64,000 nucleotides of DNA, taken from assembly GCF_036321535.1 (NCBI RefSeq), contig NC_087443.1, positions 67,766,001 through 67,830,000 on the forward strand, given 5' to 3'. A program made the position numbers and the translations under genes. Positions 1 to 12,867 of this stretch are shown one piece after another. Each line of letters starts with the position of its first letter. Position 1 is the stretch's first letter. The stretch is from Camelus dromedarius (Eukaryota). The notes under the pieces are model-generated. The model was not told the DNA's origin. It saw only the letters and a list, made by a program, of their open reading frames with translations, and ran no database searches.

Positions 1-17
1 ACTTAGGGTGGAACAAA

Positions 18-595
18 TTAGATTTACAGAAGAGTTACAGAGACAGTATAGAGAGTTCCCATAGACCCTTCACCCAGCTTCCTCCAACATCAACACCTTC
101 TATAAGCATGGCTCGCATTTATCAAAACTAAGAAATTAACATTTGTACATTAATGTAACTGCAGACTTATTCAGGTTTCCCCAGTCTTTCCATCAATGTC
201 CATCTTGTAGGATCCCACATTCATTTTGTGGTCGTGTCTCCTTAGTCCCCTCTGGTCTGTGACAGTTTCTTAGTCTTCCTTTGGTTTTTGTGACCTTGAC
301 ACTTTTAAAAAATAGTAGTCAGGCATTTTTGTAGGATGTCCCTCAATTTGGGGTTGACTGGTGTTTTCTCATAATTAAACTGAGGCTATAGGTTTTGGAA
401 AGATTATTATAGAGATAACGTCACTTTCTCATCACCGCATATTAGGGACATGTGACATCAAGCTGTCTTATTCCTGGCTATGTTAACTTGGATGTTAACT
501 TTTAGTTCCAGTGGTACTTGCCAGATTTCTTCACTGTAAAGTTACTACATCTCCCTTTCATTCTCTATTCCTTAGAGTGGAGCCCACACTCAAGC
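18..595 (-). mobile_element. L1MC-type LINE 3' end, antisense
   Basis: ttagatttacagaagagtt...cttcacccagcttcctcc...tgtaaagttactac matches the recalled L1MC 3'UTR. Confidence 0.8.
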
Positions 596-2100
596 AGAGG
601 GGAGTGGAGCTTTGGGAGGGAGGAACCTCTGAGCTTTTAAAAATACACAGCACACTAGGGTAGGGTTGCCAGGAGCAGGGAGGGCCCCAGGCCTGCCCAC
701 TGACTTGTTGGTGACCTTGGATGAGTCACTCAGTGTCTCTGAGCCGGGATTTCCCTCCCTCTAATGAAATCTAAGATGGCATTCGTGCCCCACAGCTGTC
801 TCCTGGGAGCCTTGGGAAGTTTTGGCTGGTAACACTTCAAGTTGCTGGAGTGTAGATCCGATGGGGGACCAGGGTCCTTGTTAATAACAGCTGAGGTCTT
901 GTTCCTGGTCTGTAAACATTTCCCAATCCTGAAGCCCGTCATCCCCATGACAGGAGTGTCCCCTACAAGTGGTGAGGCCATCACTATTTTTATAAAATGG
1001 TCTCATGTTATTAACATGCTAACAAGGGCTTGGCGTAGAAGAAACTACTGCAGGGAAATATTTCTGTAAAGTGAGTAATTCCTCTGAATTAGCCTTTTTG
1101 TATAAAGTCATTTTTCGCTTATTGGCATTTCTTAAACCAAGATGCTCCAGGAATTCCTTCCAAAGTACACACAATCTTTGTGCAAATGCTTTTGAACAGA
1201 CAGAATGTTTTCTACACAGACAGTGATGAACTTACCCTAAATTATCCAATAGAGTGATTATTTCGCATCCTTGGAGGTTGACTCCTTCCGGTGGACAATT
1301 GTGGCCAACCTGTATTTCTGACATTTGACACTCGGGAGAACTAAACCCCAAGAGGATTGTTGTTTAGTGATTTTAGCAAAGATGTTATCCACTGGGATTG
1401 GATGTCTTCCTTCATGTCTTTAGACATCAGACAGCCCTGCCATATCTGCACAACTCAAGGGTGTCATTTGAGTCGGCCCTGATGTGGGTGGTGCTCCCTG
1501 GAGTTCAGCCACATGGCAGCCCTGCCTGCCACCCTGTGGGGAGCACTGATGAACTCACACCCTCAGGGGCCAGTCCTCTGCTAAGCCTAGAGCAGGGCTG
1601 GTGTAGCACAGGAATGCCTTTTGGCTAAGACTTTGTTGTTATCTCCAAATTCAGCTCCACAATCACTGAGGTTCCGTGACAAGGTAAAAGAAGATGCTCA
1701 TCCTGCCTCTTTCCCTTACGGCCATGGCTGGACCACACAGCCCAGGTGACGTGCAGTGATGTACACTGTAAATCCTGATTGTCTTGAGGATGGCACAGTT
1801 GCCTGGGTGGTGTTGGAAGGGTGTTCAAGTATTTCTTTGTTAAATGTAAACAGTTAAAATAGACAAGAATTTTTATCACTCTTTTGGCCTTTCTTCATTT
1901 TATCTACAAAGAGCCTCAAAGCTGGAAGTGAGCCAGCGACTCTCTCATTCTTGGAAAGGCTCAGGCCAAGAAAAGCATCCTCACTGTTCCAGTCCTCGTG
2001 CCTGTCATAGCCAACTTTGCTCCGTGGTCTGTCCCTAAACACCTCTAATCCTTCCCTCTGTCATACCTCGCCCCTGAATAAAAGGCTCCCTGCCTTTCTT

Positions 2101-2188
2101 TCTTTTTTTTTAATGGGGGTACTGCGGATTGAATCCAGGACCTTGTGCATGCTAAGCACAGACTCTACCACTGAACTATACCCTCCCC
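2101..2188 (-). mobile_element. tRNA-Ala-derived SINE (camelid Vic-1 type), head plus A tail
   Basis: Reverse complement reads ggggagggtatagttcagtggtagagtctgtgcttagcatgcacaaggtcctggattcaatccgcagtacccccattaaaaaaaaa. Confidence 0.88.
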
Positions 2189-2394
2189 TTTCCCCCCTTT
2201 TCTTCTCTGTTCATCTAATTCAGTACTTTTCTTCAAAATCCAGTTCAGCTATGTGGGCTTAAGGGGGCCCTTTCTAACTGCTTTGGCTGCCGATTCGCTA
2301 GAACAGCTTCTTTGAAGAGGAGGACATGTACCTTCTGATCATGACACGTGTCTTCTGCCGTGTCCTCTCCTGCTAAATGGAGAGCAAGGATGGA

Positions 2395-2822
2395 CATGCG
2401 GTGTTTTTGCCAGTCCCGTATCTACTCCTCCTCCTTCCAGTAAAGGATCTGATTTTCCTTTAGGGAGCCAGCTCTCATCTCTCTATTCCTTCCTGTGCCT
2501 CCCAGCAACCTGGTCCAGAAGAGCCTGTGTGACCCAGGCCAATTAGCACTTTCCATTTTCCTGATCAGATGTTTGATTCTGGCGCTCTCGGGGTGGTCAT
2601 ATGGAAATAGTCCACCTGGGAGTGGAGCCTAGAAGAAAGCAGGGAAAAGAAAGAGTGATGGAGTCAGAGACAGAGCAGAAACAGAGATGATAGTAATGTT
2701 TGAGCCCCTGGATTCAGCTGTACCTGAAGTCAGAATTATTCTTAAGACTTTCCTGATACTTAAGCTTATATTTTCCAAGTTGTTTCAGCCAGTTTGTTGT
2801 CTGCTGTTTGCAGTATAAAGTT
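2395..2822 (+). mobile_element. LTR16/LTR33-type ERVL solo LTR
   Basis: gtgacccaggccaattagcac...tttgagcccctggattcagctgtacctgaagtc...agccagtttg. Confidence 0.65.
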
Positions 2823-3107
2823 CCTTGTGGGCAGGAATCATATCTTATCTATCTTAATCTTCCACTTATGGCAAATGCAGTGCTTTGTGTACATTTAGTA
2901 AGTGCTTCATAGATGGGCATTGCTGATACAGGGGGAAATATGCTAAACCAGCCAATTCAAAGGGGAACGTTTTTTATTTGATGAAAACCAAACAAATCCG
3001 AGTAGTTTTTTCACCTCTCACCTGGTGACACAAAGGGCAGGGAGGTAGCCTACACTTTCTTTCCCCACCCTCTACACCTTCTTCTCTGAATTATGGCTTC
3101 TTAATTA

Positions 3108-3300
3108 AGACTGTGGCCTCTGAGTTCAGGTGACCGGTCTTCAAACCCACATCTTGCTGCTTATAAGCTTTGTGTCCTTAGATAAGGTATTTAGTCTTTC
3201 TAATCCTCAGTTTCTTTCAGTGTAAAATGGGAAAAGTAATAATTCCTATCTCTTGGGTTGTCGTGATGATTACATGAGCTATGCCTCTTATAAAAAGGGC
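3108..3300 (+). mobile_element. MIR SINE (representative; further MIRs near 3590, 7012, 15262, 16720, 17040, 20560, 21830, 22730, 24020, 25080, 26030, 31640, 49140, 50190)
   Basis: cctcagtttctttcagtgtaaaatgggaaaagtaataattcctatctcttgggttgtcgtgatgatta core. Confidence 0.75.
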
Positions 3301-4059
3301 TGACTTAATATTATGATTATAATTCTTAAAACGCCAACATCTCCTCCCATCTGAACCCTTTAGCCTTCCCCTAGGGGGTACTTTGGGGCCAGGCCATACT
3401 GTGAAAAAAGGGGCAGGAAAAGTGTGAGAGTTGGGAGAGAGCTGGCCAGAAGGAAAGGAGGTGACATCCATGTAATAGAGAAAGCCCTCAGTTCCCATAC
3501 CTGCAGCCAGTCTCCACCAGGAATGAGGACACCACACCCTCAGTCTTTACAGATCTTTTGCTCCCCTTTATGGCCAGGGCAGTGGCAGACGAGAACACGA
3601 GCTCTGGACCAAGACCTATATTTCAAATTTCGGCTCTGGTCCTTCACAGCACTCTGGCCCCTTTGAGCCTCAGTTTCCTCGTGTATGAAATGGGGGTTAT
3701 ATTACCAACTTCAGGAAGGAAATCGCTTAGAATAGTAGGTACTTGAGTCATTATCTAACACAGATGTTTAGAGCCTAGTCGATGCTGCAGACCTTCTGAC
3801 ACATGACAGGGTGTGAAGTACCCACATGCACTCACGGACTTTAGACAGATGAGGAAGAGCGTTATCAGTCAATGAATCCTAATAAAACATGATGAGTAAT
3901 TTGATAGAGGAAGCACGGGGAACTGCAGAACTTACAATGGGAGGTTCAGCATAGGTTAGGCAGTTAGGAGATGATTAGAAGAGGAGGAGTGGTTGGACCG
4001 AAAAGGAGTAGAGAGTGAAATGGAAAACAAGGAGAGTCATGGAGTGTGGGGCATTATGA

Positions 4060-4535
4060 CCATCTCGCCAACATCCATTCTGTCCCTCAGCCTTGTGCTT
4101 TGGATGGGATCCCCTTCATTCCAGCTTCTGGGGTAATTTCAGCTCCTTGTCATAATAATTGGGTGAGATAGCCCAGATTTAAGCCAAATAGCACATGGCA
4201 TTCCCCTGGCCATAGGTTTGGTTAAAGATGGTCCAATTAGAACAAAGCTAAGATTCTTTCTTACCCTTGGATATGACCTAAACAGCTTTTTTTTTGTTGG
4301 CAGCCATCTTACAACCACCAGGGAAACCAGACTGAGAACAAAGCCTCAACATAGAGGGAAGAGCTAAGAGAATTACAGAACCAGAGCCCTGATCAAACTG
4401 TATCTGAAGCCCACTTACCACTGGTCTTTTGAATGATACAAGAGGCATAAAACAAAACAAAACAAAACAAAACTCCTTTGTTGTTTAAACCAGCTTGAGC
4501 TGAGCTTCGTGTTATTTTTAGTGAAATTAGTCTAA
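4060..4535 (+). mobile_element. LTR16-type ERVL solo LTR
   Basis: ttaagccaaatagcacatggcattcccctggcc...ggcagccatctt...gccctgatcaaactgtatctgaagcc...ttgtttaaaccagcttgagctg. Confidence 0.7.
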
Positions 4536-6204
4536 CCAAAACCCAAAAAATAGTAATTTGAAGAGTAGAGAACCAACATGGCAGTGCCTGATGATATCAA
4601 TACATCAAGATAAGGGCAAAATGTGTCCATTAGATTAAGCAACGCGGAGATCATTCTGACGTACTGGTCAGTTTCAGTTTAGTTTCAGTGGTGGGAGCAG
4701 GGTGGCAGGAAGAAGCCTATGCAGGCTTCTGCTGGACCTCTGAGTAGCCAGAGGACCCCCTGCCGCCATGAACCCTTGACTGTGCTTTGAGGGACATAAG
4801 CAATCCTATTGTCTGGCACCACAGAGAGATCAGATATTCCAAGAGTTTAGACAGTCTGTCCTGTTGTTCCCACAATACATCAAAATATTTCCCCTCAGCC
4901 TCCAAATTTTTTAACTATTTGGGTTCTATATTGGCATGTAGGCTTAACTATAGAAAGAACAGGATTTAGAGTAAACTGTATAAGAAGTTTCCTTTATCAA
5001 AGCTGATCTGTTGGATTAAGTTTTGACCGTTTTCCTTCTATGGTAGTCAGTTTACTACATCTTAACTCTTTGAGGATGGGAGTCACACATCTCTTGGAAA
5101 ATTAGATTAAAAACTATAGACCCTCTTCATAGGAGAGAAAGTGCCCCCAAATTCTGTGTACATTTCTAGGGCTTTGTGATTCCTATGAAGCTGGCCTTGT
5201 AGATTACATGGGCCATGGCCCAAACACTTGGTCATTTACAAGCACTAGTGAATCAATATTTCCTTAACCGGGGTCTTGTTCCAACGAAAAGAGGATTCCA
5301 ACCCATCAAACTAGTTCCCGCTTCCTGCCAACAGCTCTTGAAACCCTAGCTTTCTTTTCTAGCCCTCAGGGTCAGGTTTACGGCAGATCAAGGAAGGGTT
5401 TACGGCCTTCTTGCCCTGTTCAAACTTACACCAGCCTTGCTTCTCCCTGGATCTCTTCTCCTCTCCCTCTCCTCCCTGGATGCTCCTTCCCCAAGCACCA
5501 ATCTCCAGCCATGGTCTTGGTTAAAGGTTTGGATTTAGGAGGTGTGTATGGTTACCACTCTCATTCATTCATATCTTTATTCCAAGGTGCCTACCTGCAT
5601 AACGAGTCCAAGTTTTCAGCCGTCTGCCCGCTCAAGCCCTGGAAACCACACTCAAGGATCAGGTGGTGGTGAAAACATCTGAGTCCTCAAACTAACACAT
5701 TTTGCCACTAACATGCTCCTTGCCCGTGGCCTCAGTTATTCTCATCGTGGTGACTTGTCAGCATAAAAGAATTCACTTGTCCCAAAGTGTTGGTTTCAAC
5801 CTGGCTCAGGGGCTCACTGGTGAGGGGTGAAGAAATGTCTAATCTGAGGGCATTTCTTGCTGTCTGGCCCGGAGCAAACTCTTTTGCCCTAATGGTGTCC
5901 AATTTTTCCACCTGAGCCAAAGAAAAGGGTCTAAAATGTTTTGTGTTGACCTCTGTTAGCACTCGTAATTATGCCCTGATTGTTTGCATGCCCGACAGTC
6001 TTCCTTACTCGCTCCTTGAGGGTGCAGCCATGAATAATTCACCCTCGTGCCTGCAGAGTTCCAACAGATGATAACATTAATAAGAGCGAATGTGGACTGA
6101 GCTCTCCCTGCTCTGAGAATGGAGTTAAGCTCTGTCTGTGCTTATCTGCCTCACAAAACTACACAGGACCATCTATTCCTAAACCCACTTAAATTTCTTT
6201 AACA

Positions 6205-6990
6205 TTTCATTTCAAAATAAATTCAGACTTACAGAAAAGTTGTAAAAGTAGTATAAAGAATCCCTGTGTCTCCTTCACCCATTTCCCCCCAATGTCGACA
6301 TCGTACATAACCACAATCAAATAGTCAAAACCAGGAAATTAATGCTAAGACAATACTCCTGACTAACCCACAGACCTTATTCAAAATTCTCCAATTATAC
6401 CACTACTGGACACTTTCAACATGAAATCCAGGATCTCATGTGCATTTGGTGGTCGTGTCTCTGGTTTCCTTTCCTCTGAGACAGATCCTCATTCTTTCTT
6501 TGTCTTTTATGTCCGTAACACTTTTTGAAGAATATTGAAGAGTAGTTACTCACAGAATACCCTTCTATTTGGATTGATTGGATGTTTCAAGATTAGAACC
6601 AGATTACACATTAGGGGGCAAGAACACCACATCATAACAGGTGGTTCATGATGTCAATATATCTCAGGACTGAGAATATTAACTATGGTCACTTGGCAAG
6701 ATGGTGTCTGCCAGTTTTCTCTACACTAAAGCTACTATTTTTCCCTTTGTAATTAATAAATATCCTGTAGGGAAATATTTTGAGACTATATAAATATCTT
6801 GTTTTTCAGTCATACTTTGGCCCACTAATTTTAGCATCTCTTGATGGTCCTTGCTTGAGAACAATTACCCCTGTGATGTTTGCCAAATACTGAGTCTCCA
6901 TTTCCACATTCGCTTCTGCACTGATAATTAGAATTCCGCCGTAAAAAAAGATCTTTCCTCTTCTTTTTTTTTTATTATTTAATTATTCAT
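6205..6990 (-). mobile_element. L1MC4/5-type LINE 3' end, antisense
   Basis: ttcagacttacagaaaagttgtaaaagtagtataaagaatccc...gagactatataaatatcttgtttttc...cccactaattttagcat. Confidence 0.8.
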
Positions 6991-8029
6991 TTATACCAGG
7001 AGGGACTCATAGAATACTAACCTCATTTTTCAGGTGAGAAAACAGACTGAGAGCTATTAGATAAGGTGCCCAGAGCCACCAAACTGGGATGAAGAAGAAC
7101 CAGCATTTAGTCTAGGCCTACCTGAGTCCTTAACTGATCATTCTTTTTCCTGACAAGGTGAGACTTATAACTAGCATAGTTACTCTTTGCTTTGATAACC
7201 AAGAAGTTTAAATGTAAAACCACCTTTAGTATTATTGCCGGTACTTACAACGTGCAAACCTTGCCTCTGACATCCTATTTCTCTCTCACTCCCCTGTCTT
7301 TATGTTTTATTCTGATGACCGTTTCTGGGTGGTGTGGTGTTTGGTGTGGTTTGGTAAATCACCTTAATTTCCTTTTCGGGGATTCAATTAGTAATAAATA
7401 AACACATCTCTGAGGCTAGAATATAATAGGATTTTTATTATTGTTTGAAGTAAATCCATTTGATTGCTGAAAGACTATTTCCTGATTATAGTGTCCACAG
7501 CGTGGTCCTTGAGATTTGTCCAAGTGGACAAATTCGCAAACTATGCAAAATATACACTTTCTCTCTGTGCCTCCCATAAATGGGGGTGTCCAGATAGGGT
7601 TCTCAGTGGACATAACTATGACAAGTGCAAGGACATAACCATGACAGGTAGAAGTGCTGAACGCCCAAAGCTGATACATAGCGCAGCCAGTTTTAATGAT
7701 GCCCTGTGCATCTTTAAGATGAAACTCCAAATAGCTTACTCTAGGGCATTGTTTGAAGATTAAAGAGGCTGAGGGAGCAAGCGGTGAGCTCTCTAAGACT
7801 GCAAGTATTCGAGCAGAGGCTTCCAGAAGACAAAATACAAGGGTGGTCGCAGGGCAGGCCAGGGTCACTTGGGAGATGTGGATGGTAGACCTCTCTGCTT
7901 TGCTTCCCAGGTTCCATTTTCTCTCCTTTTGGAAAGCGTGTTTAAAGTGCCTTTGAAAATGCGTCCCTCCTCCACTCTCAGCTGTGTGGTTAAGGTAAGC
8001 TGAATCCACCCCCAGCTCCAGGGGTCTAA

Positions 8030-8345
8030 GCCCATAAGCCTAACCCACCTCCGACCATAATGACTGGTTCAGGTATGGGAGGTAACGAATTCAGAGCCGG
8101 AGATATGATAGCCAGTTCCTGGGGCCTTCTAAGAGAAAGAAGCTCATCTCCTCCCTGGAACTTTACGGAAGAGATGCCCTCACTCCTTGCAGCGGTGGAG
8201 TGAGAGGGTGTGAGGTCAGGAAGCACAGCAGCCATCTTGGGGTCCTGAGATGGAGTCTGCCTGAGAAGGGGATGAAACCAGAGAACTGAAGCTGAGAAAT
8301 GGAAATAGGTTGGAGCTGGGTCTCTAGCTCCCTCAGAAGCCGGAT
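8030..8345 (+). mobile_element. LTR16-type ERVL LTR fragment
   Basis: tgactggttcaggtatggg...gcagccatcttggggtcctgagatggagtctgcctgagaagggg. Confidence 0.55.
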
Positions 8346-8408
8346 TATTTCCTATTACAGGAAACAGTGAACTGCCATTTTTAAAATAAAAACAGTTTGG
8401 GTACAGGG

Positions 8409-8550
8409 TGGGGTCGGGGTAGAGCTCAGTGGTAGAGTGTGTGCTTAGCATGCACGAGGTCCTGGGTTCAATCCCCAGTACCTCCATTTAAAAATTTTTT
8501 TTAAATAAATAAACAAATTACCTTCCCCCTCCACACACACAAATAAAATA
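8409..8550 (+). mobile_element. tRNA-Ala-derived SINE (Vic-1 type)
   Basis: A box tagagctcagtgg, B box ggttcaatcc, AT-rich tail. TSD-like aaaataaaaacagtttgggta / aaaataaaacagcttgggta. Confidence 0.92.
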
Positions 8551-9539
8551 AAATAAAACAGCTTGGGTAGGGTTTTCTATCATTTGCAAGTGAAAGAATC
8601 ATAAATGGTAAAACCAGAGGGATTCAAAGTCTGATTTAGCTTCAGGATCATTGGGGGAGTTTATTCAGCACACAGATGCTGAGGGATTCTGAGTGTTTAA
8701 TAAACACCCCCAGTGATTCCTAAGCACCCAAGCCTGGGAATCAAGGGTCCCTGCTCACAAGCACTAGGACTGGCCAGTAGGAAGTCCTCAGGGTGTCCCT
8801 TCTGCTTCCTCCCCTCCCACCTCCCCTTTGCCAGGTGAGAGGCTCCCAGGGAGGCACCTGGTCCCAGGGCCCCAGCTTCAGTGCTTTCTATTCTTATGTA
8901 AAATTGCTTGTGTTCTTCTAGTTAGTGGCAGATCTGCCTGTTTGATGTTAATGAGTTTGTGAAGCCAACAAAAACATAAAAGATGAGGCTCTTCCAAGGA
9001 GAGAAAATAGAAAATAAAGTGCCATCCAAAATGGGATGGGTTTGAAATCCACCTTGAATCTCACCAGCCCCTTTCTCTGTTTTCCTGACTGAGTCCCTTT
9101 CATCCAACTGAAGAAATCAAGATAAAATGCCATCCTGGTGAATATCCTGCAAAACCAAACCAATCTGATTCACCTGGACAAAGAAAATGAAAATATTTGG
9201 CTGATCAAAGCGGGCACAGCTCCCCCTCAAACTCCTCCCACCATTAGGCTTCTTGTAGACAAGAGACACAAATTTCTCACACCTCAGTGATACTCCCTCC
9301 CATACTCGTTTCCAAATAGCCGCTTACATCCTGGTGCAAAAATCTTAGCTGCCTCCTAATCACCCACTTTAGGACATGGATGTTCTGATCTGATATTATT
9401 AAATGGAAAGTGGCCACTTTCTAATCTAGAGAGAAGCAGGGGCATTTTTAACAGCTAGAATCAAAGGCCTGGTCTCTTCTGTTCCTAATTATCAATAGTG
9501 TTTTATAATCTTATTAATATTGATACCCAGTATACTGAA

Positions 9540-9695
9540 NNNNNNNNNNNNNNNNNNNNNNNNNNNNNNNNNNNNNNNNNNNNNNNNNNNNNNNNNNNNN
9601 NNNNNNNNNNNNNNNNNNNNNNNNNNNNNNNNNNNNNNNNNNNNNNNNNNNNNNNNNNNNNNNNNNNNNNNNNNNNNNNNNNNNNNNNNNNNNNN
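9540..9695. other. N run, 156 nt (others: 53440-53595, 54084-54263, 56167-56322, 58055-58426, 58494-58805, 58993-59149, 59298-59493, 62936-63179)
   Basis: Counted directly. Confidence 0.98.
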
Positions 9696-10184
9696 CACTG
9701 GGGGAAGGCGTGAACCTAAAGGTACCGTCCCCTGCCTATTGGAGCCTTCTCAGCACACGCTGGACTCACTCGCTCTTAAAAATCAAAGGGTTCCATTAAC
9801 CGCCAGGATCCACACACAGCATAAAAATACACTTTCTCCTTGTAAAGTGCAGGAAAACAAAAGGTGAAATCTTGTAAGAAAAGAGATGATTAATAAAAGG
9901 AAGGTAATTTGCCTTTTGATTTTTGAAAGATGGTAGCAGTTAGACGTTTCCAATGGCAGAGCTGAGCTTTCCTGCTGGCGCTAGTCGGTAACAGGGTGAG
10001 ACACTTGGTTGCGGGAAATACAATGACTAATTCCAACTAATGTGTGTTTGGGTAGGTTTAAGAGCTTAAAATCTCCTGGTCAAATAGAATGCGTGTGCAT
10101 GTGTGTGCATGTGTATACATGTACACGCACATATGTGAGGGCAGTGGGCGTATTTTTTTTTCTCAGACAGCATCTCTTTAGGGA

Positions 10185-10612
10185 CAACCCTCCCTGCCCT
10201 GTACTATAATAATCACATTTAGACCACAAGGTTCAGATGGGGCTGACCCTACCCTTGTCCTAGATGCAGGCACATGACTCAAACTGGCCAATCAGAGCCC
10301 TTCTTGTGATTTATTTTTCAGAGCCTTTAGAAAAGACAGCACCATTTCTCACCAGGGTTTTAAGCAATCCTCATACCATTGGTGGTCACTTTGCCATGAG
10401 GTGGAAAGAGTCTGCCTGAGAAGAGGCAATCCAGAGGACAGTACAACCAAGCCAGGAAGAGAACTGAGTCCTGCTGACATCACTTGAACCCCTGGATCCA
10501 GCTGGACCTGAAGTTCACACTTAGGCTTCCAGTTACCTGAACCAATCATGAATTCTCTTTTTCTTGCTTAAGGCAATGTGAATTGGATTCTAACTGAAGA
10601 AATTCTAGCTAA
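10185..10612 (+). mobile_element. LTR16/LTR33-type ERVL solo LTR
   Basis: gggctgaccctaccc...ggcacatgactcaaactggccaatcagagc...gagtctgcctgagaag...gaacccctggatccagctggacctgaag...cttgcttaaggc. Confidence 0.75.
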
Positions 10613-11489
10613 CAGGAGAGATTAAGGCAGGATTTTTGGCCCCTCTTTTTCTCTTCTCCACAATACAGATGAGAAAGCTAAGCAAGACATTTGAGTTCAG
10701 GTGCCGGACTTAAGGATGAAATACAGAAAAAGAGGGTGCAGCAAGTTTATCAAGACAATGGAGTGGCGATGAGGAAACTGATCTGGTGCTGAACCTGGCA
10801 GAATCTCCTAACATCCATCCCATTTAACTGGGGGGACTGCAGCCATCTACTGCAGATTTTGCAGCCCCCATCAGAAGGAAGTCAGGGTCCCAGAAAGCCC
10901 CCAAATCAATCAGTGCCCTGGCCTGGGCTAAGGGAAGTCACAATTCTAAAGAGAAAGCTCCAGGAGTCTAAACACTCCTTGGGATTTGTAATGGGCCGTT
11001 GTGAGGATGTTGAGTGATACCCACACTCTGTGGTATTATATTCAGAGAGGAAGACCGTGCTGCTATAGTGAAGCCTCATCTTATTTTCTGACCAGGTTCT
11101 AAGACCAGTGTTAAAGTCAAAGTCACTGAAGGAGTAGAGTGGGACTGCAGCTAGCCTTGGCATAAGTAAGAAACTTAGAACGTAGTAAAACTAGAAAAAG
11201 GTAAACAAATTAGGAAAAGGTGCCTCCTCTGGACAGAAGAATCTGAAGCAGAGTACAAGGCTTGGAATGAGAAGCTCAAGCAGGGTTTTAGCTCTCATTT
11301 ACCCCATTTGCTGACACCTTGTGCAGTGCACAAACCGAACAACAGTACATGGCAGCCCCAGATACAGACTCCTCACCCAGCCTCCCCTGATTGACTGATC
11401 CATTGGCTACCATTCTTGCCTTCTATAAAACACCTCTGGGTATGTGTGCCTGTGGGCCTCTGAGTGCTCAGGGTTAGTAGGCTCCTCTC

Positions 11490-11870
11490 TAGTGTGCCCA
11501 GGCTCTCCTGCTTCCTTGGCTGAGTTGGATGCTTACTGTGAGTTCACCAGGTTTGTACTCAAATCTGTTTATGCTACTACATTGCAATTATTCAACTCAA
11601 TTAAAAAGTATGGTGACCAGGGGAAGGGTATAGCTCAGTGGCAAAGTGCATGCCTAGCATGCATGAGGTCCTGGGTTCAGTCCCCAGTACCTCCATTAAG
11701 GATAAATGAATAAAAACCTAACTACCTCCCCCAAAATAAAAAAATTAACTTAAAACATTTTTAAGAAAGGCGTGGTGACCAATGAAATGAGACTAAGTAA
11801 GGAAAGCATTGTGGTTTCTATGAGAACTAATGAATGCTTTGGAAAGAAAAAAGTAAGTTGCTAAAAAAAA
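11490..11870 (+). mobile_element. Probable TcMar-Tigger remnant split by a SINE
   Basis: gtggtttctatgagaactaatgaatgctttggaaag...gttgctaaaaaaaa resembles the start of a Tigger transposase region. Subfamily not determined. Confidence 0.4.
11620..11765 (+). mobile_element. tRNA-Ala-derived SINE (Vic-1 type)
   Basis: ggggaagggtatagctcagtggcaaagtgcatgcctagcatgcatgaggtcctgggttcagtccccagtacctcca. TSD-like aaaagtatggtgacca / aaaggcgtggtgacca. Confidence 0.92.
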
Positions 11871-11877
11871 AGTTCTT

Positions 11878-12040
11878 AAAATCAGGGAATCTTTTGGGGG
11901 TGATGGAAATGCATTGTTTCATACAGCTGTGTAGAACTGTATGCAACTGTTAAAACTCATTGAGTTATATACTGTAACTAGATGCAGTTTATTACATGTA
12001 AATTATTCGTCTATAAAAATGATAAGAAAAAATATAAAAA
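11878..12040 (+). mobile_element. L1M 3' terminal fragment
   Basis: ttttgggggtgatggaaatg...aaaactcattgagttatatac...aaattatt followed by an A-rich end. Confidence 0.7.
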
Positions 12041-12867
12041 GCAGGTGAGACAAAATCAAAGACTGAGAAAATTAAAACATAAAAATCCTTAAAGAGTCTT
12101 GCATTCTGATTGTTCCGCGAGTGCCTTTAAAATCTCACTTCACTTGGAGAAAACTGCAACTGGAAACCAAAGACGATGTGCAGTGGGCTTAGGCAGGACA
12201 GAGAAGCTGGGACTGCAAAGAGCAGAGCCAACCCCCAAGGAAAGCCTTGGTCCTACATCAAAAGATTGGTGGAGAAAATGTACCTTTATCATGTTTAATT
12301 TTTTTTTTAAGTGTTCAGTGTATAAAGATTCCTCACTTGAGCTAACTTTTTTGTGATGAACTGCCAACTTCTGCCCAGATTCCACCACGCAGCCAGGCTT
12401 CCACAGTCGTCTTCGTCACCCTGAGAATCCGTGAAGTCCTTCTGAGAGAGCGTGGTAGTGCTGTATGTCAGTAAGTCTATTGAATCTGTCCAGGCAGTGC
12501 AATCCATCTTCCCTCCTTTCTTCCAGAAGGAAGGCCGCCGTGTCTTCAGATGAGCATGCATGTAAGGGCCATGTTGCACAAAATCCTGGCTCCCACCCTC
12601 TCCGGACTGAGACACTGACACTCTGGGTGACCTCTGACCGAGGGAGCACAGGCTCACCCAGGGAAATGCAATCAGCTCCACCATTTGAGTTGCTCCCTCT
12701 CTCTCTCCATATGTGTGCTGCTGAATCCTTATAATTTAAATATTTCTATAATTGGAGTCCACCACACCGCCACTTATGTATAGCAGCTCATTCTTTGTTA
12801 TTTCCACCAACTCCTAAGCTGCGTGGTTGATGGGCTCTCCCACTTAGAATCATTGAGCATTAACAAT

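Noticed and set aside
7416-8009. 197-aa minus-strand ORF
   Set aside because: No recognisable homology or splice context. Its length is plausible by chance among six frames of 64 kb.
8416-8486. Apparent tRNA-Ala(AGC) gene (also at the other five SINE heads)
   Set aside because: Followed by the SINE tail, flanked by TSDs and present as diverged copies. It is a SINE head, not a tRNA gene.
8026-8487. 153-aa minus-strand ORF, and similar ORFs at 2017 and 48988
   Set aside because: The shared EPRT..MLST.STTELYP peptide is just the antisense SINE head read in frame.
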